Origin: Candidatus Omnitrophota bacterium
GTDB taxonomy: Bacteria; Omnitrophota; Gorgyraeia; Zapsychrales; Zapsychraceae
Length of the DNA: 64,000 bases
Assembly (NCBI GenBank): GCA_015233115.1
Contig: JADFYJ010000001.1
Span: 67,084 to 131,083, forward strand
Reading direction: 5' to 3'
Within the stretch, counting starts at the first letter, position 1. Each line of letters starts with the position of its first letter. The position numbers and the translations under genes are program-made. Of the stretch, positions 9,625 through 18,235 are shown piece by piece. The notes under the pieces were generated by a model. The model had not been told where the DNA came from. It ran no database searches and saw nothing but the letters and a program-made list of their open reading frames with translations.

Positions 9625-10617
9625 ATGGGACAGCCTAAAGGCTTAGATGTGGGTACGATGAACCTGGTAGGCGCGGAACAAGGCGCTGACGGCAAGATTA
9701 AGTTGAAATTGGTTCGTCACACTTTCTTGGATATTGACGCGAATTCTTTTACCTTGAACATGCTGAAAAAACAAAAAGTTCAGTATGCTGAAATGGGTAA
9801 AAAAGTTTATGTTTTAGGTGATTCAGCTTTTGAATTGGCTAATATCATGAATAAAACCGTCCGACGTCCAATGCAGGATGGTGTCATGAGTCCAGGCGAA
9901 GCTGATGCTCTGCCAATTTTTGGCCTTTTGATCGAAGCGGTTTTGGGCAAACCTACAGAAAAAAATCAGTTATGTTATTTCTCTGTCCCTGCAGACCCGG
10001 TCGACGCTAATTTTAATATTGTTTATCACACCAGCGTTATTATCGGCGCGCTTAAGAATTTAGGATATACTCCTAAGCCCATGAATGAAGGTCACGCGGT
10101 TGTATTCGCGGAATTAGGTGAAAAAGATTTTACCGGAATTGGTATTTCAGCCGGCGGCGGTATGTTTAATATTTGTGTTTGTTATAAAACAATTCCTGCG
10201 ATTAGTTTCGCGACCAGCCGTGCTGGTGACTGGATTGATAAAAACGTGGCGCAAGTACTCGGTATTAAAACAACTCGCGCGACCGCAATTAAAGAAAAAG
10301 GAATTAATATTTATAAGCCGGCAAACCGCGAAGAAGAAGCGGTTTGTATTTATTATCGGAATTTGATTAATTATACGTTAGTCAATATTAAGAATAAATT
10401 TGAAACAGCAGAATCAATGCCTCAATTTCCGGAACCGATTGAAATCGTGTGTGCCGGCGGTTCTTCTATGATCAACGGATTTGTGGATGTTTTTAAAGAG
10501 GAACTAAAGAAAATGACCTTCCCGATTCCGATCAGCGATGTCCGTCTAGCCAGTGAACCGTTGTACGCAACAGCAAGAGGTTGTTTGCTTGCAGGTCTAA
10601 GCGAAGTTGATGAGTAA
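9625..10617 (+). CDS. Actin-like ATPase of the MamK family (MamK/Mad28-like)
   Basis: Conserved blocks shared with MamK: GLDVGT (phosphate 1), YVLGDSAFE, RRPMQDGV, TGIGISAGGG (phosphate 2) and IVCAGGSSMINGF (adenosine motif). SD AAGGAG is upstream. Confidence 0.75.
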   Translation: MGQPKGLDVGTMNLVGAEQGADGKIKLKLVRHTFLDIDANSFTLNMLKKQKVQYAEMGKKVYVLGDSAFELANIMNKTVRRPMQDGVMSPGEADALPIFGLLIEAVLGKPTEKNQLCYFSVPADPVDANFNIVYHTSVIIGALKNLGYTPKPMNEGHAVVFAELGEKDFTGIGISAGGGMFNICVCYKTIPAISFATSRAGDWIDKNVAQVLGIKTTRATAIKEKGINIYKPANREEEAVCIYYRNLINYTLVNIKNKFETAESMPQFPEPIEIVCAGGSSMINGFVDVFKEELKKMTFPIPISDVRLASEPLYATARGCLLAGLSEVDE

Positions 10618-10665
10618 TTTGTGAAATTTTTACGGGGACATGATACGTAATTTGTGGGTTTTTAG

Positions 10666-10739
10666 TTGTTGGATGTTGGTTGTTGGTTATTGATATAATC
10701 GCTTTTTCCAAAAACCAAAAACGATCAACCATCAACCAA
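10666..10739. repeat. Composite intergenic element made of a TTGTTGG heptamer array, an inverted core ATCGCTTTTTCC and an inverted CAACCAA array
   Basis: gttgttggatgttggttgttggtt at 10666-10689, atcgctttttcc at 10698-10709 and caaccatcaaccaa at 10726-10739. Confidence 0.8.
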
Positions 10740-10792
10740 ATTATGTTTCGTGTCCCCTGATTAATATAACTTTCTTACGAAAGAGGGCGGGA

Positions 10793-12238
10793 GTGGGTGA
10801 AGATGAATTAGCAAAAGTCAGGGAGAGACTTTCGAAAATAAACGAAAAAATTAAGCAGTATTCCTCCGTAAAAAATCCGCAGTCTGCTAAAGAAAAACCT
10901 TTTGATTCTTCCCGATATAGACAAGGCAAAGAAATTTCTGTTGAAAAAATGCACGCTAAATTGCGGGCCATTAATCAATATGTCCGGGATCGTGCTTTAG
11001 GTAAAGATGTGGAATATCCGGTCAGGGAAGAAGTTGAAGTCGAAGAAGAAATTGAAGCCCCTGTCGCTCAACCTGCTCCCGTGCCTGAACGACGTGTAGT
11101 CCAACGGATTTCCAATGAAGTGGTTATGGAAAAGGCTGAGGCAATTGGTGAAGTGATGGATGAGTCAGCCGTCACCAAACCTGAAGAAGCCACTACCGCG
11201 GATTTGCCGGGAACTTCACGGGTTGTGGAAGCGGCGCGTCTTGGCGTCGGCCTTGATCTGGGAACCGCGTATATTGTGTCCAGCCGTGAAGTGGAAGATA
11301 AACGGGTATTTGTCAAAAATGAGCGGAATGCTTTTTTGTCGGTTCGGTGTGATACCGCGACGAAAGAACTTTTGAGCAAACTCAAAGTTAAATATGTCGC
11401 TTTGGGCGAGAAACTGTATGTTTTAGGAACTATGGCGTTGGAATTAGCGGACATGTTCGGACGTGAAACACAGCGGTCCATGAATATGGGAATTCTTAAT
11501 CCGTCAGAATCGGAATCGATTCCGATTATCAAACTTTTGGTGCAGAATATTTTGTGGGCGCCCCGTCAGCCAGGAGAAATTTGCTGTTTTTCCATTCCTG
11601 CCCAGCCTATCGACCGCGATCAAGATACGATTTATCATCGGGGAGTTTTTGAAGGAATTTTAAAGAGCATAGGTTTTGACGCGATGGTTATTGATGAAGG
11701 TTACGCGGTCGTTTTATCAGAAATGGAAAAACAAAATTTTACCGGTATAGGTGTTTCTTGCGGAGCGGGCATGGTTAATATTTGCGCAGCTTTTCAAACA
11801 GTGCCAGTATTGTCATTTTCGATTACGCGCGGTGGAGATTGGATAGATAAAAACGCGGCAACAGTTTTAGGGATTCCTACGACCAGAGTTTCATCAATCA
11901 AAGAGCACGGCATGGATTTAAAAAATCTTAAAAACCGCGAAGAAGAAGCGATCGCGATTTATTATCGTAATTATATCCATTATTTGTTAGAGAGCATGGC
12001 GAAAGTATTTGGAGACAGTGCAAACACATTAAATTTTAAGGATCCCGTGGATATTGTTTTTGCAGGCGGATCTTCGATGGTTCCGGGCTTTATTGATGTG
12101 GTCAGAGAAGAAATTAAATCTATTAAATTTGCTTTTGCCCTTGGTAATGTGACCAGAGCGGACGAGCCTTTCACGAGCGTGGTACGGGGTTGTTTGTTTA
12201 ACGCGATCAATGCGGGAAATAAAACGAATGAGTCCTGA
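10793..12238 (+). CDS. MamK-family actin-like ATPase with a ~150-aa N-terminal extension
   Basis: C-terminal 330 aa are paralogous to 9625..10617 (GLDLGTAY, YVLGTMALE, TGIGVSCGAG, IVFAGGSSMVPGF). GTG start with an upstream AAGAGGG SD. The N-terminal extension is charged with a Pro-rich stretch. Confidence 0.7.
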   Translation: MGEDELAKVRERLSKINEKIKQYSSVKNPQSAKEKPFDSSRYRQGKEISVEKMHAKLRAINQYVRDRALGKDVEYPVREEVEVEEEIEAPVAQPAPVPERRVVQRISNEVVMEKAEAIGEVMDESAVTKPEEATTADLPGTSRVVEAARLGVGLDLGTAYIVSSREVEDKRVFVKNERNAFLSVRCDTATKELLSKLKVKYVALGEKLYVLGTMALELADMFGRETQRSMNMGILNPSESESIPIIKLLVQNILWAPRQPGEICCFSIPAQPIDRDQDTIYHRGVFEGILKSIGFDAMVIDEGYAVVLSEMEKQNFTGIGVSCGAGMVNICAAFQTVPVLSFSITRGGDWIDKNAATVLGIPTTRVSSIKEHGMDLKNLKNREEEAIAIYYRNYIHYLLESMAKVFGDSANTLNFKDPVDIVFAGGSSMVPGFIDVVREEIKSIKFAFALGNVTRADEPFTSVVRGCLFNAINAGNKTNES

Positions 12239-12821
12239 CATTTCAGGTTTGACCGAAGATCCGGAAATTTTGGTACAAAAATATTCCAAACGCTTAGATG
12301 ATATCCGTATGGCACGGCATCAATTGGACGGCGAATTTTTAACCACGAATACATCTCTCAATGATTTTATCTCTTCCACCGATGCGGTTATTCACCGTTT
12401 GATGACTAAAAAAGCAGAACCTAAAAAAATGACGATTGTCCCATCGGCTGACGTCATTTCCTCTCAGCCGCCGTTAGTCGCGCCAGCTGGCGGACAAGCG
12501 ATGACGCTAGAGGATTTTAAAACTCATATGGGGTCGATTTTGCAAGGTTCTTTGGAAGCGGCTACGGATAAGATTTCTAATCGCATCCAAGGGATGCTGA
12601 AAGAATTAAGAGGATTGTCCGGCCCCGCGCGCGACGCGAAATATCGCGAGATCCAGCAGGTCGCTGAATATGAAATGATTGATATTTCTCAACTTTATAA
12701 ACATGAAGAAGTACAAAGTAATTTAGGCGAAATCGGGGTTGCTGAAACTGAAACTAAAAGTATCGACGCGAATTTGGAGCGCCTGCGTAAAATGCGCGGC
12801 TCGAAACCTAAAAAAGAGTAA
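12210..12821 (+). CDS. Hypothetical protein
   Basis: ORF overlapping the stop of the upstream gene. An alternative start lies at 12228. No motif. Confidence 0.45.
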   Translation: MREIKRMSPDISGLTEDPEILVQKYSKRLDDIRMARHQLDGEFLTTNTSLNDFISSTDAVIHRLMTKKAEPKKMTIVPSADVISSQPPLVAPAGGQAMTLEDFKTHMGSILQGSLEAATDKISNRIQGMLKELRGLSGPARDAKYREIQQVAEYEMIDISQLYKHEEVQSNLGEIGVAETETKSIDANLERLRKMRGSKPKKE

Positions 12822-12835
12822 CAAAAGAGAACGAT

Positions 12836-14008
12836 ATGATTATAATTTTTGGTGTTTTGATATTTTTGGCTTCATTGGCATTAATTGATTTTGTTTTTCT
12901 ATTTCAAGACATCCTTAAACTAGAAAAAGCAGCTAAGGGTCAGGGCGATGGTGAACATAGCGATGTGACCCGTTTAAAGCAGGATTTAGAGTTCAAGGTT
13001 AATGAGTTATCAGCGAAAGAACAAGAGATCCGGCGTATTACGTCTGATTTAACCAGACTGCAAAATCAGCAAAAAAGCGTTATGCTGGAAGCAGAATCAG
13101 CCTCTGCAAAAGATAATGAAATCAAACGCCTGACCATTGAGTTAGCGCATATGACGGATCAAGCCAAAGAAATTGCTAAAGTAAAAACCGATTTATCCGC
13201 TGCTCTTTCAGAAACGCAGGATTATAAAAATAAGGTTGAACAGATTCGGCTCGAGTACGACAAAATTAAAGCTGAACTTACCAAAAAAATTGCTGAAGGC
13301 TCGACCGCGAATACGGCTAGCCAGGAATATGAAAAAAACATTCAACAATTAAACGCGGAAGCTAAGAAATTTAAAAGTGAGCTGGACAGCAAGATCAATG
13401 AGCTTATTCTTGCTCAGACAGATGCACAAGAAAATAAGAAAAAATTGGTTCAGGTTCAAGCTGACTATGACAAACTGAAAGTTGACTTAAATCTTAAGAT
13501 CACTGAAGGCACTGCTGCACAAGCCACATCGGAAGCGTCCCAAGAAAATCTTCGCCAGCTTCATAATGAACTCAAAAAATTAAAAAATGATTTAGAACTT
13601 AAAACCACTGAGTTGGCAGATAAAGATATAGAAGTTAAAACAGTTGCCGCGGAATTGGCTAAAATACAATATCAGCAAAAAAACGCGGTTAAAAGTAGTC
13701 AGGATTTGACTGAAGGTTTAAGTAAGCTTAAGAAAACTGCCGACGAATTAGATTTAATTGAAAAGTCTTTGGATGAAGAAAAAAAAGCTTTGTATGAAAT
13801 GAAAACCCGGTTTCAGGAAGGCAAAATGAAACTAGGACTTTTGAGTGAAAAAAGTAAAGAATCGGTGGAACTCATCGCCCAGTTTGCTGAAGGCAAAGAA
13901 TTTGAAGAATTCCGCAAATCCATCCACATGGACGAGATCATTAATAAATATGAAGGTGAAATTAAAAGTTTAAAGTTGAAGGTTTTAGATCTCGAAAAAA
14001 AAGTTTAA
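12836..14008 (+). CDS. Membrane-anchored coiled-coil protein
   Basis: N-terminal hydrophobic helix IIIFGVLIFLASLALIDFVFLF followed by about 350 aa of heptad-rich coiled coil. Confidence 0.55.
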   Translation: MIIIFGVLIFLASLALIDFVFLFQDILKLEKAAKGQGDGEHSDVTRLKQDLEFKVNELSAKEQEIRRITSDLTRLQNQQKSVMLEAESASAKDNEIKRLTIELAHMTDQAKEIAKVKTDLSAALSETQDYKNKVEQIRLEYDKIKAELTKKIAEGSTANTASQEYEKNIQQLNAEAKKFKSELDSKINELILAQTDAQENKKKLVQVQADYDKLKVDLNLKITEGTAAQATSEASQENLRQLHNELKKLKNDLELKTTELADKDIEVKTVAAELAKIQYQQKNAVKSSQDLTEGLSKLKKTADELDLIEKSLDEEKKALYEMKTRFQEGKMKLGLLSEKSKESVELIAQFAEGKEFEEFRKSIHMDEIINKYEGEIKSLKLKVLDLEKKV

Positions 14009-14020
14009 ATTTAATAATCA

Positions 14021-14042
14021 GCAACCAACAACCAACAACCAG
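14021..14042. repeat. Three tandem CAACCAA heptamers (inverted orientation of TTGGTTG)
   Basis: gcaaccaacaaccaacaaccag, lying between the coiled-coil gene and the sensor kinase gene. Confidence 0.8.
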
Positions 14043-14059
14043 TGATTACAATATGATCG

Positions 14060-15514
14060 TTGATTAAAATTATGAAACTGCGTACACAACTGATAGTTTT
14101 AGTGTCATTGTTAATATTTATGATTTTGTGTTCTGTGTTTTTGATCAAATCCCAGTCCTGGCTGTTGGTAATCGCTGGCGTAGTCATGGGAATGGTCATT
14201 TCTCTTATTATCAGCAAATTTAAAAATGATGACCCTGAAGTTCTGGCGCAAATTGCCAAAGGCAGAACCGAGTTTGGAAAGTTATCCCAAACGCTTAAAG
14301 CTTCCTTGACTGAAAATGAAGATCTCATGAAGGAAGTAGCGGCGCGCAAAGAACGCGAAGAATTGATTCGCAAAAGTGAGATTAAGTTCCGTCATCTTTT
14401 GGACAGTCTGCCGGTCAGAGTATTTTATAAAGATAAAAATTCGGTTTTTTCCGCGTGTAACAAAGCGTTCGCGCAAGATCTAAACGCGTCAATCACTGAC
14501 ATCATTGGTAAAACAGATTATGATTTTTGTCTGAAAGAACTAGCAGACAAATACCGGGCTGATGATAAGCGGATTCTTGAATCTGGAAAAGTTCAAGAAC
14601 TTGAAGAAAGATACATAGCTGACGGAAAAGACATGATCGTGCAAACTATTAAAACTCCGGTTCGCAATGAAGAGGGCGAAATTACCGGAATATTAGTTAT
14701 TTTATGGGATATCACCGAGCGTAAACAGGCAGAAGATGCATTGCAAACCATGCATAAGGCGCTTGAGGATGCTCATAAACAACTTAAGGAGTCAATGGCC
14801 CAATTGGTGCAAGCTGAAAAGCTGACGGCATTGGGTGAACTTACTTCGGGCATCGCCCATGAATTAAATCAACCGCTGAATGTCACTAAGATTATTTGTC
14901 AGGGCATATTGCGGGATATACAAAAAGGAAGATATTCCGAGACAGAAGCCAAAACTGATTTGCCGCAAATTGTTCTGCAAATGGATAAACTCGCCGCGAT
15001 TATTACGCATATGCGTATTTTTACCCGTCAAACCGATGGCATGTTACAGGAAAAACAGGATATTAATGGTATTTTGAATAATGTGCTGAAATTTTTACGC
15101 CAGCAATATAAAGATCATAATGTTCATGTCATTGAAAATTTCGCGGTGGGTTTACCTCTGGTAAAAGTCGATTCTATTCGCATTGAACAAGTATGCTTGA
15201 ACCTTCTTACGAATGCTCGTTACTCAGTTGAAAATTCCGGAAAGGTTGCCCGGAAAATCGAAATTAAAACATATTATGATGACAGGCAGAATATGGTTAT
15301 TTTCGAAGTCGCTGATAATGGAACCGGGCTCAACGCGGAACAAAGAAATAAGTTATTTCAACCCTTTTTTACGACTAAAGCTCCGGGCAGCGGCACAGGT
15401 TTAGGATTATCAGTAAGCAAAAAAATTATTGAAGAACATAACGGCCGGATCGAAGAATGTGGGCAAGAGGGCGAAGGCGCGGTGTTTAGAGTATTTTTGC
15501 CGGCGGTGCAATAA
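14060..15514 (+). CDS. Membrane sensor histidine kinase (TM-PAS-HisKA-HATPase)
   Basis: Two N-terminal TM helices and a PAS domain. H-box GIAHELNQPL. HATPase G-boxes DNGTGL and GSGTGLGLS. Confidence 0.85.
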   Translation: MIKIMKLRTQLIVLVSLLIFMILCSVFLIKSQSWLLVIAGVVMGMVISLIISKFKNDDPEVLAQIAKGRTEFGKLSQTLKASLTENEDLMKEVAARKEREELIRKSEIKFRHLLDSLPVRVFYKDKNSVFSACNKAFAQDLNASITDIIGKTDYDFCLKELADKYRADDKRILESGKVQELEERYIADGKDMIVQTIKTPVRNEEGEITGILVILWDITERKQAEDALQTMHKALEDAHKQLKESMAQLVQAEKLTALGELTSGIAHELNQPLNVTKIICQGILRDIQKGRYSETEAKTDLPQIVLQMDKLAAIITHMRIFTRQTDGMLQEKQDINGILNNVLKFLRQQYKDHNVHVIENFAVGLPLVKVDSIRIEQVCLNLLTNARYSVENSGKVARKIEIKTYYDDRQNMVIFEVADNGTGLNAEQRNKLFQPFFTTKAPGSGTGLGLSVSKKIIEEHNGRIEECGQEGEGAVFRVFLPAVQ

Positions 15515-15517
15515 AAA

Positions 15518-15641
15518 TGTAACAGTGTGACAATGTGACAATGAAAAAGCGATTAATGGGAAGAAAATGTACGGTTTTAAAAAATAATTTTTATTTTTTG
15601 TTTTTTGCATTGTTACACTGTTACATTGTCACACTGTCACG
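15518..15641. repeat. Composite element made of a GTRACART octamer array, a GAAAAAGCGATTAATGGGAAG core, an AT-rich spacer and an inverted octamer array
   Basis: tgtaacagtgtgacaatgtgacaatg at 15518-15543 and its inverted counterpart cattgttacactgttacattgtcacactgtcacg at 15608-15641. Confidence 0.85.
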
Positions 15642-15672
15642 TTATTGATATAACAACTATTGAGGCTAAATT

Positions 15673-16494
15673 ATGTATCATGAGAAAATAATTATAATTG
15701 ATAATGATGCTGATAGTGTGAAAACGTTAGCCTCCATCATTAACGAGCAGGGCTTTTCCGTAATCGAAGCGGCTGATGCCAATTCAGCATTTGAAAAAAT
15801 TAATGCGGAAAAACCGAGTATAATGTTTATCGATATCAAGAACAATGATTTTGAGCTTATCCGGCGCGTGAAAGAAGTTGTGCCGTTCTTGCAATTTGTA
15901 GTCATAGGAAACGGAGATGTCAATACTGCTGTTAATACGTGGCGGGAAGGCGGACTGGATTATTTAAAGAAGCCGGTCGACACAGGTGTCTTGACCGTAA
16001 TTTTAAGCGCGGCCGAAGCGAAAATCCGCGAATATAAAAGCACGCAGTTCTCGCCGGTTTTGCTGATTTTAGAAGATGATAATGAGACGCGTGACTTTTT
16101 AGGGCGGATGATGGGTAAAGAAAATTGGGATGTTTGTAAAGCCTCGAACGGGGATGAAGCGATAGCACAGTTTAAAACCCATAAAATTGATGTGGTTATT
16201 TCGGATGTTAAAATGCCGGGGAACGACGGATTAAATGTGCTTCATGAATTAAGAGTATTAAGCCCGGATTTTGAGGCGGTCATGGTAACCGGGTATGGCG
16301 ATGATGAAAGTGTGTTAAAAGCGTGGGAAGAAGGCGCGATGAATTTTGTAAAAAAACCTATAGATATAAACCAACTGCAGATGTTTCTTTCCAAAGCATT
16401 GGAAGTTTTAAATTTAAAGCGGGCTTTTAAATACCGAGGCCAGGAATTAAATTTTTCAAAAAAAATTATTGAACAAATGGTTGCAAAACAATAG
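15673..16494 (+). CDS. Response regulator with two tandem receiver domains and no output domain
   Basis: Two REC-like halves (IIIIDND...FIDIK and VLLILEDD...ISDVKMPGNDG). Confidence 0.8.
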   Translation: MYHEKIIIIDNDADSVKTLASIINEQGFSVIEAADANSAFEKINAEKPSIMFIDIKNNDFELIRRVKEVVPFLQFVVIGNGDVNTAVNTWREGGLDYLKKPVDTGVLTVILSAAEAKIREYKSTQFSPVLLILEDDNETRDFLGRMMGKENWDVCKASNGDEAIAQFKTHKIDVVISDVKMPGNDGLNVLHELRVLSPDFEAVMVTGYGDDESVLKAWEEGAMNFVKKPIDINQLQMFLSKALEVLNLKRAFKYRGQELNFSKKIIEQMVAKQ

Positions 16495-16503
16495 AAGTTC
16501 GTA

Positions 16504-16545
16504 GGGGAGGGGCAGTGACCCTCCCGAAATAAAATATATTTTTTA
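16504..16545 (+). terminator. Possible intrinsic terminator
   Basis: GGGAGGG-cagtga-CCCTCCC hairpin. The T-run is displaced by about 13 nt, so this is weak. Confidence 0.3.
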
Positions 16546-16558
16546 AAAAGGATTTTTT

Positions 16559-18235
16559 ATGGAAGATACTCAATCAAATCTACCATCATTAATTAAAGAA
16601 GATCAAGCCAAAAGAAACGTGCTGATTGTTGAAGACAGCTCAGTTATCAGGAAATTACTGGAACGCGAATTGACTAAAACATATTTCATTCCGTTAAGCG
16701 CTGGAGATGGCGAAAGCGCGATTAAAATTGCTGAGACTGAAAAAATCGATATTATGCTCATTGATGTCAATCTTCCGGATATTGACGGTATTGATTTGTT
16801 ACAAAAATTAAAAATTCAACAGCCGGATAGCGTGGCTATTATCATGACGAGTTTGGGTAGTGAAGAGATAGCGGTTCAAGCGTTAAAAAAAGGGGCGATC
16901 GATTATTTGAGTAAACCTTTTAGCACGGCTGATCTTTCTGCTGCTTTAGGGCGCGCTTTGGAGAAACTTGAAGCCAAACAAGGTGATGAATATAAAAATA
17001 CGATTCTGATAACTGACGATGAATTGCCGGTGGTTGAACAGTTAAAGAAATTTTTGGACAAGGAAGGGTTTTTAACTTTTGGAGCTTTATCCGCGGAAGA
17101 GGGCTTGGAAATAATCACTAAACAACGGATTGATATTCTTATTACGGATATTCGGATGGGCGGCATGAACGGGATGGATTATTTCGTGAAAGCTAAAAGC
17201 CTTTATCCTGATATTGAGGGTATTGTTGTGACGGGTAATAAAAATTTGGAATTTTCTGTGCAAATGTTAAGAGCGGGGGCTTTTGACTATATTAACAAAC
17301 CCGTCGATTTAGGCGATCTTTTGTTTTCCGTGAATAAGGCGATTGAACGCATTCATCTGAACCGGAGCAGAGTATTTCGCGAGCGAGAAACAAAGATTAC
17401 GTCAGAAATTATCTCGAAAAATAATGAAGAATTGGAGCGCCGGGTCGAGCAGCGGAGTAAGGAACTGATGCTCATTCAAACGCAACTGGTGCAGACTTCT
17501 AAATTAGCGACATTAGGTGAAATGGCGACTGGGTTGGCGCATGAAATGAATCAGCCTCTGGGAGGTATCGCGCTCGTGGCCACGTCGTTTCGAAAATATA
17601 TGGAAAAAGGTTTATTAAATAATGAACGGCTCACGGCCGGGGTTAAAGATATAGAATCTTGCATTGAACGGATGTCTTATATCATTAATCATATCCGCAC
17701 CTTTGCCCGTCAGGAAGCCCTGGAATTCGCTCAGATTGATGTGACGACGACGATTGACGCCACCTTAGGTTTATTAGGAGAACAGTTGAGGATGCGGGAA
17801 ATTGAAGTCATTAAATATTTTGAGCCGGATTTGCCTAAAGTACTTGGTGAACCTCATCAATTGGAACAAGTTTGGATTAATTGTATTACCAATGCCCGCG
17901 ATGCCATGGATGAGAAGCAAAAGCAGATTACGGAAGGAAAATTAAAGATCGAAGGATATCAAAAAAAACTGGTTATTTCTGTAACTCATGATAAAGCCGC
18001 GAATAGGGTTTTGCTGGCTTTTGCGGATAATGGGATGGGTATTGATGAAGAAACGAAGAAAAAAGTTTTTGAGCCGTTTTTTACGACAAAGGAAGTTGGT
18101 AAAGGCACCGGATTAGGGTTGTCGATTAGTTTTGGAATTATTGAATCTCATAAAGGACACATCGAGATGGATGGTAAAAAAGATGAAGGCGTGACCATGA
18201 AAGTATATTTGTTGACGGGGGGGGGGGGTAGATAA
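16559..18235 (+). CDS. Hybrid histidine kinase with REC-REC-HisKA-HATPase architecture and no sensor domain
   Basis: Two receiver domains (LIVEDSS...[11 protein letters not shown] and ILITDDE...[11 protein letters not shown]). H-box [10 protein letters not shown]. HATPase DNGMGI and GKGTGLGLS. The C-terminus runs through a G12 tract. Confidence 0.85.
   Translation: MEDTQSNLPSLIKEDQAKRNVLIVEDSSVIRKLLERELTKTYFIPLSAGDGESAIKIAETEKIDIMLIDVNLPDIDGIDLLQKLKIQQPDSVAIIMTSLGSEEIAVQALKKGAIDYLSKPFSTADLSAALGRALEKLEAKQGDEYKNTILITDDELPVVEQLKKFLDKEGFLTFGALSAEEGLEIITKQRIDILITDIRMGGMNGMDYFVKAKSLYPDIEGIVVTGNKNLEFSVQMLRAGAFDYINKPVDLGDLLFSVNKAIERIHLNRSRVFRERETKITSEIISKNNEELERRVEQRSKELMLIQTQLVQTSKLATLGEMATGLAHEMNQPLGGIALVATSFRKYMEKGLLNNERLTAGVKDIESCIERMSYIINHIRTFARQEALEFAQIDVTTTIDATLGLLGEQLRMREIEVIKYFEPDLPKVLGEPHQLEQVWINCITNARDAMDEKQKQITEGKLKIEGYQKKLVISVTHDKAANRVLLAFADNGMGIDEETKKKVFEPFFTTKEVGKGTGLGLSISFGIIESHKGHIEMDGKKDEGVTMKVYLLTGGGGR
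18217..18228 (+). repeat. Homopolymeric G12 tract at the kinase / PAS-sensor gene junction
   Basis: gacGGGGGGGGGGGGtagaTAATGcat. The tract encodes the C-terminal GGGG of the kinase. The next gene starts at the overlapping TAATG. Confidence 0.9.

Noticed and set aside
10118-10366. 82-aa + strand alternate-frame ORF inside the MamK-like gene (also 45570-45884 inside the CheB/CheR gene)
   Set aside because: Both are out-of-frame overlaps within genes whose main frame carries conserved motifs. The sequence is hydrophobic and low-complexity and unlikely to be translated.
18217-18235. G12 slippage as a switch fusing the kinase to the downstream PAS sensor
   Set aside because: Hand translation of the +1 and -1 G variants gives short alternative tails ending in stops, not an in-frame read-through into the 18235 ORF.
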